A stretch of DNA of 64,000 nt from NCBI GenBank assembly GCA_965242965.1, contig OZ251518.1:5597972-5661971 (forward strand), given 5' to 3'. Below the pieces are notes generated by a model. That model worked only from the letters and a program-made list of their open reading frames with translations. It did not search any database and was not told the DNA's origin. Positions 59,743-64,000 of this stretch are shown one piece after another; the stretch's first letter is position 1, and every line of letters starts with the position of its first letter. This stretch comes from Candidatus Poribacteria bacterium. Lineage in GTDB: Bacteria; Poribacteria; WGA-4E; WGA-3G. The position numbers and the translations under genes are program-made.

Positions 59743-61266
59743 TCACTCTTCACCGCCGAGTGGCAATTGGTAGCACGCTGCCTCTCGGCCGTTCCGCACG
59801 AGCAGATAGGGGGCTGCGAATGCGGGTGTGTTCCACGTTCTGCCTTCCAGGGCAGTGAAACGCGTCAGTTCCACGAGTGTATCCGGGTTCGGTTCTATCA
59901 ACACCACATCGCCAGATTCGGTCAGCACCAAAATGACATCCTCCACTCGGAGGACCTGGCCGTGTCCATACCGTCCACGCTTCCACTGCCGTTTGCCATC
60001 TGCAAGATTGAGACAGGCGAAGATTCCATCGTCAAGTCCATACAGGTAGTCGCCGTAATGGAGGACGGTAGTGAATTTCGCCTTAAGATATATCGTTTCC
60101 CATAAAAGTGAAACGTTAAATTGCCCGTCCGGGTTACGTTCAAGTTGGAACAACTTTCCGCCGATGCCGTAAGCGGTTGAAACGAAGAGTTTGTCGCCCG
60201 GTAGCGGGAGCGGCTGCGACACGCACTCAGCCTGTCCCGGCGGCCACGGTTGCTGCCAGAGCAGTTCGCCGGTTGCGGGTTCATGCGCGGTGACGAGTCC
60301 TTGATTGAAAATCACAATCTGTTCAACGCCGCCTAACGTCGTTAAGAGCGGCGAACTATAGCCGGTGCTCGTGCGATGCCCCTGCCAAACGACTTCCCCT
60401 GTCTCCTTGTGATACGCCACCGGTCCGCCCGCGCTGACGATAACCAAGTCACCTAGCACAAGCGGCGAGATACTGACACCCCACGACGGCGGTTCTGCGT
60501 TGTTCTCCTCAAAGATGTTAGTTGTCCAGAGTTGTTTTCCTGTCTCAAAATCAAGGCAGTTGAAGATACCGGTTGAGCCGACGGTGTAAACGCGATTGTC
60601 CGCGATTGTCGGGGTTGCCCGCGGTCCGAGTCCCGCGAGCGCGGAATCATATCTGGCGAGGTCTTGATGGCTCCACCTCACTGCCCCTGTCATGAGTTCA
60701 TAACAGACTACCTTCTCCCATTCGTCTTCTTGTTCTTGTGTGATTGCAGAATTCCCGAATACCGCGAAGGCAGACCAGCCAGCACCGATGGGTTGCCGCC
60801 AAATCAGTTTTGGTGGATGCTTCTCCCAATCCCGTGCTAAGCGGATGCCCTTGATAACAGCGTTACGCCCCGGTCCAAGAAATTGTGCAAAATCTGTCGT
60901 TGGGGTAGAAATGCCCGTTGCGTTTTCACTTGTGACACTTTCCGCAGGTTTGTTTCCCCATCGCCATTCAACAATCGGCGTGAGATCTCCGCTAACGCCC
61001 GCGATGCGGAAGAGGGCAGCACAGATAGCGACGCAGCCAACAACAGCTAGCAGCGCGAGGAGTCTCGCACGCCACGGCAAACGTGAGAGAAACAAGAGCC
61101 AGAGGACTCCCAGAATTAGGGAGCAAACGAAAATGAAAATCGTCAGGAAAACTTTGCTTTCGCGTTCGGATGCATCTACACCCCAAAGCACGCCAACGGC
61201 GATGCCTGCGAGAATTGCAATGATAATTAACGGCCACCAACGCACGCGTTTTTCGGTGGTATTCAA
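59743..61266 (-). CDS. Membrane-anchored PQQ/BamB-like beta-propeller protein
   Basis: Three N-terminal TMs, QFLGPGRN, GPRATP, GYSSP and TWNTPA motifs. Confidence 0.85.
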   Translation of the reverse strand: MNTTEKRVRWWPLIIIAILAGIAVGVLWGVDASERESKVFLTIFIFVCSLILGVLWLLFLSRLPWRARLLALLAVVGCVAICAALFRIAGVSGDLTPIVEWRWGNKPAESVTSENATGISTPTTDFAQFLGPGRNAVIKGIRLARDWEKHPPKLIWRQPIGAGWSAFAVFGNSAITQEQEDEWEKVVCYELMTGAVRWSHQDLARYDSALAGLGPRATPTIADNRVYTVGSTGIFNCLDFETGKQLWTTNIFEENNAEPPSWGVSISPLVLGDLVIVSAGGPVAYHKETGEVVWQGHRTSTGYSSPLLTTLGGVEQIVIFNQGLVTAHEPATGELLWQQPWPPGQAECVSQPLPLPGDKLFVSTAYGIGGKLFQLERNPDGQFNVSLLWETIYLKAKFTTVLHYGDYLYGLDDGIFACLNLADGKRQWKRGRYGHGQVLRVEDVILVLTESGDVVLIEPNPDTLVELTRFTALEGRTWNTPAFAAPYLLVRNGREAACYQLPLGGEE

Positions 61267-61454
61267 GATAAGTCTCCTTCAAAATAAGATGTTATGTCTA
61301 TAATAACGTTTTTATGAAAGTTTGTCAAGAAAAACGAACTATTCAGTGGTGAAAATGGACATCAAAACGAAAAACGAAATGCCGATGAGAAAAAACTTGA
61401 CTTTACCTCTCAAAATAGGTTATCATTTCGTGCAAGGATATATGGAGGTTTCTC

Positions 61455-62096
61455 ATGCCGACAACAACAAAAGTAGAAAAAGTTTTTGATGCCCCTGGTC
61501 CGCAACCCAACGGAATGCAAGCCACCGCAGCAGGGCTCTGGATTCTAGACCAGGGGACGAACGAAGTCCATCTCGTCTCTTACGAAGGCGATGTCCTGAA
61601 GACGCTCGCTACCGGTTCCGATAGAGGGAGCGGGATTACCGATACAGGCACGGCACTCTGGCTGGCTTCAACCTACAGTTGTGAGATTCTTTTTACGGAT
61701 GCGAAGGATGGGAAGACGCTTGCCTCGTTCGCCACACCGGGCGCGGGAAAGACTGGTGCGCACGGATTAGAGTGGCGCGACGATAAACTCTGGATAGCAG
61801 TTCCGCCAGCGGCTACCATTTATCAGGTAGACGTTGCCGCCGATTTCTCGGTAATCCATACGCTCCCTGCGCCCGGCGACAGGCCGCACGGCATCGCCTG
61901 GGTGGAAGACGAACTCTGGTGTGTTGAGACGAACCATCGCGCCATTTTTCATCTCAACCCGGTGGATGGCAGTCATCTGAATAAAATTGAGATTCCGGAA
62001 CCGCATCCGGAACCGCACGGGATGACTTATTGGGACGGCTATTTCTGGTATTGCGATGCGCATACTACCGCTGTTTGCCGCGTTGCATATCCGTAG
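61455..62096 (+). CDS. Small beta-propeller protein (glutaminyl cyclase/NHL-like)
   Basis: Repeats such as PG..PHG(I/M/L).W....W, with a GGAGG RBS. Confidence 0.7.
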   Translation: MPTTTKVEKVFDAPGPQPNGMQATAAGLWILDQGTNEVHLVSYEGDVLKTLATGSDRGSGITDTGTALWLASTYSCEILFTDAKDGKTLASFATPGAGKTGAHGLEWRDDKLWIAVPPAATIYQVDVAADFSVIHTLPAPGDRPHGIAWVEDELWCVETNHRAIFHLNPVDGSHLNKIEIPEPHPEPHGMTYWDGYFWYCDAHTTAVCRVAYP

Positions 62097-62104
62097 AACG
62101 GCTG

Positions 62105-62305
62105 TCACCTGTCCCGCGCCGTCACCTTCACCGTAGGGCGCGGGCCTGTCCCGCGCCACGCCGACTGCATCCCTTTCACCGTAGGGCGCGGGCCTGTCCC
62201 GCGCCATGCTTCCGTCTACCGCACGCTCGCGGGGGACAGGCCCCCGCGCTACGGTGAAAAAACGCTCCTCTCACCGTAGGGCGAGGGCCTGTCCCTCGCC
62301 ACGCC
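62105..62305. repeat. REP cluster
   Basis: GTAGGGCGCGGGCCTGTCCCGCGCC x2 and GTAGGGCGAGGGCCTGTCCCTCGCC. Confidence 0.9.
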
Positions 62306-62316
62306 ATGTATTGACA

Positions 62317-63132
62317 ATGCCAACAACCATCGGCAGACTTCTCAACATGCGCAAAAACTGCGCCGCCATGAACATGGCAATTGACGAGGCGATTTTGCTC
62401 GCGCAAAAAGAACAGCCGCGTCCGACATTGCGCTTTTACGATTGGACGCAGCCCGCGTTCAGCTTCGGCTATTTTCAGGATATCGCAGCAGAAATTGACG
62501 TGGCGGCATGCAGTGCAGAGGGGATTGAATTGGTAAAAAGGATGACAGGCGGCGGCACTGTGGTGCATGGCTGGGAGCTCACCTGGACGCTGATTTTGCC
62601 TCGCGCCGCCAGATTAGCGCGGTTACAAAACCCATTTGTGGGAACCGGGGCACTGTCTATTCCGGATGCGTATCAACGGATTGGGGAGTGCCTCGTGGCG
62701 GCAATGACGCGCCTCGGCATTCCCGCGCAGCGTTACGTCAATGCCATCGATGCAAATGCCCCGAATATATGTCTAACGAAACCTGCGAAGCACGATGTGA
62801 TGCTCAACGGCAAGAAGGTGGCAGGCGTTTCGGTGCGGCGCAATCGATATGGCATGCTGTTTCAAGGGTATATCTCATTGACGATGCCGCCGGATAACAT
62901 TCTCGCGCGCGTCTCAAAACATCCCGAGGTCTCGCAGTGGGTGCGCGAACAATCGACGGCTATTCACACCGCGGGAGATGTGATAACGAGAGACGCGCTC
63001 ATCCAAGCGATTTGTGAAACGTTTCAAGTCGGCATCACGTTTTTATCGGGAGAACTCTCGCCGACTGAACGTGCGCGAGCGGCGGGTTTGGCGAAAACCA
63101 AATACGCCGCCGCGGCATGGAATTTCAGATGA
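62317..63132 (+). CDS. Lipoate-protein ligase A / LipM family
   Basis: NMAIDEA, PTLRFY.W, KRMTGGGTVVH and GKKVAG. Start trimmed to ATG 62317. Confidence 0.88.
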   Translation: MPTTIGRLLNMRKNCAAMNMAIDEAILLAQKEQPRPTLRFYDWTQPAFSFGYFQDIAAEIDVAACSAEGIELVKRMTGGGTVVHGWELTWTLILPRAARLARLQNPFVGTGALSIPDAYQRIGECLVAAMTRLGIPAQRYVNAIDANAPNICLTKPAKHDVMLNGKKVAGVSVRRNRYGMLFQGYISLTMPPDNILARVSKHPEVSQWVREQSTAIHTAGDVITRDALIQAICETFQVGITFLSGELSPTERARAAGLAKTKYAAAAWNFR

Positions 63133-64000
63133 ACCAGAGTCAGACTGTCCTCATTCCGCCCGGCGCGTTTATCATGGGCACCGATATTGAGCCGTTCTAC
63201 GGTACTGCATTGACGCACTCGGCGCATGCAAAACTAGATGAGGCACCGATGCATGTCCGTTTTTTGGATGCGTATCGGATTGCGCAGTATCCGGTGACGA
63301 ACGCCGAATATGCAACTTTTGTCAAGGCGACGCAACATCCGCCGCCCGCGCATTGGAAAAATGGCGCGTATGCACCGGACGCGGCGAATTTACCGGTTGT
63401 CCAAGTGAGTTGGCACGATTGCAACGCTTATGCGCAGTGGGCAGGCAAGCAGTTGCCAACAGAAGCGGAATGGGAGAAGGCGTGCCGCGGTCCCGATGGC
63501 CGGATGTATCCGTGGGGGAATGCCTTCACTGAATCGCCGGAACTCGCGCAGATTTTGACATCGCACCTCACGCCGGTAGGCAGTCGGCCGGCAACAGCGA
63601 GTCCCTACGGAGTCCACGAAGCGGCGGGGAATGTGTGGGAATGGACAGCGGATTGGTATCAGCCGTATATTGACACAAAAGCCGCGGCGGTGCCGAAGCA
63701 TAAAACGCTGCGCGGCGGCTCATGGTTGGAGGTGCGCGACGGCACGGCGAAACGCTATTTTCGGTGTGCAAATCGGCTACACGCGCCGCCGGATTACACC
63801 GCCGGGAACATCGGTTTCCGATGCATCCAGCGACTCGCACCGGAAAAGAGATATGCTGTCCACGTCCCAATAGAGACACTCACGGATTATATCAAGCAGC
63901 ATAAACGCCGCAACCTCACACTGATTCAGAAACGGGCCCTCCGCAACAGCCTCAAAGACGGCGCGATTGCGCTGTGCCTCATCGGGGGCGGCACTTATGC
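63129..64000 (+). CDS. SUMF1/formylglycine-generating-enzyme family protein (partial)
   Basis: Manual translation: IPPGAFIMG, YPVTNAEY, PVVQVSW, LPTEAEWEKACRG, YPWG, GNVWEW, RGGSW and IGFRC. Open to the window end. Confidence 0.9.
   Translation, partial: MNQSQTVLIPPGAFIMGTDIEPFYGTALTHSAHAKLDEAPMHVRFLDAYRIAQYPVTNAEYATFVKATQHPPPAHWKNGAYAPDAANLPVVQVSWHDCNAYAQWAGKQLPTEAEWEKACRGPDGRMYPWGNAFTESPELAQILTSHLTPVGSRPATASPYGVHEAAGNVWEWTADWYQPYIDTKAAAVPKHKTLRGGSWLEVRDGTAKRYFRCANRLHAPPDYTAGNIGFRCIQRLAPEKRYAVHVPIETLTDYIKQHKRRNLTLIQKRALRNSLKDGAIALCLIGGGTY

Overview
Bacterial chromosomal window of about 55 CDS. No rRNA, tRNA or CRISPR array was recognised. The gene content (two secreted LamG proteins ending in a 'KL.. 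TWG..K' tail, a dockerin-like fusion, an Rpn-family protein, SUMF1 and PQQ-propeller proteins) resembles Candidatus Poribacteria, but that assignment is inference. Housekeeping genes include sod, an addB-like gene, metG, rnhC, thiI, nadD-yacG-yqeK-rsfS, an ECF sigma/anti-sigma/HtrA operon, thrC-hisC-ispG and uppP. Between them lie dense clusters of GTAG-led palindromic REP-like repeats of several families. Some clusters are bracketed by a 15-16 bp terminal inverted repeat, some sit in 5' leaders, and some are translated in-frame inside genes. Main highlights: (1) a selenoprotein split by the ORF caller (U-x-x-C with a SECIS-like hairpin 11 nt downstream); (2) a Type IIG-like restriction-modification gene put out of frame by a C9 tract; (3) a GNAT-PIN-EVE/ASCH-like gene plus ASCH gene, broken by an exact 22-bp tandem duplication; (4) a poly-C leader ORF that would fuse to a lipoprotein peptidase after a 1-nt slip; (5) tandem Bdr-like coiled-coil paralogues with different repeat counts; (6) a putative C-terminal sorting motif on the LamG proteins.
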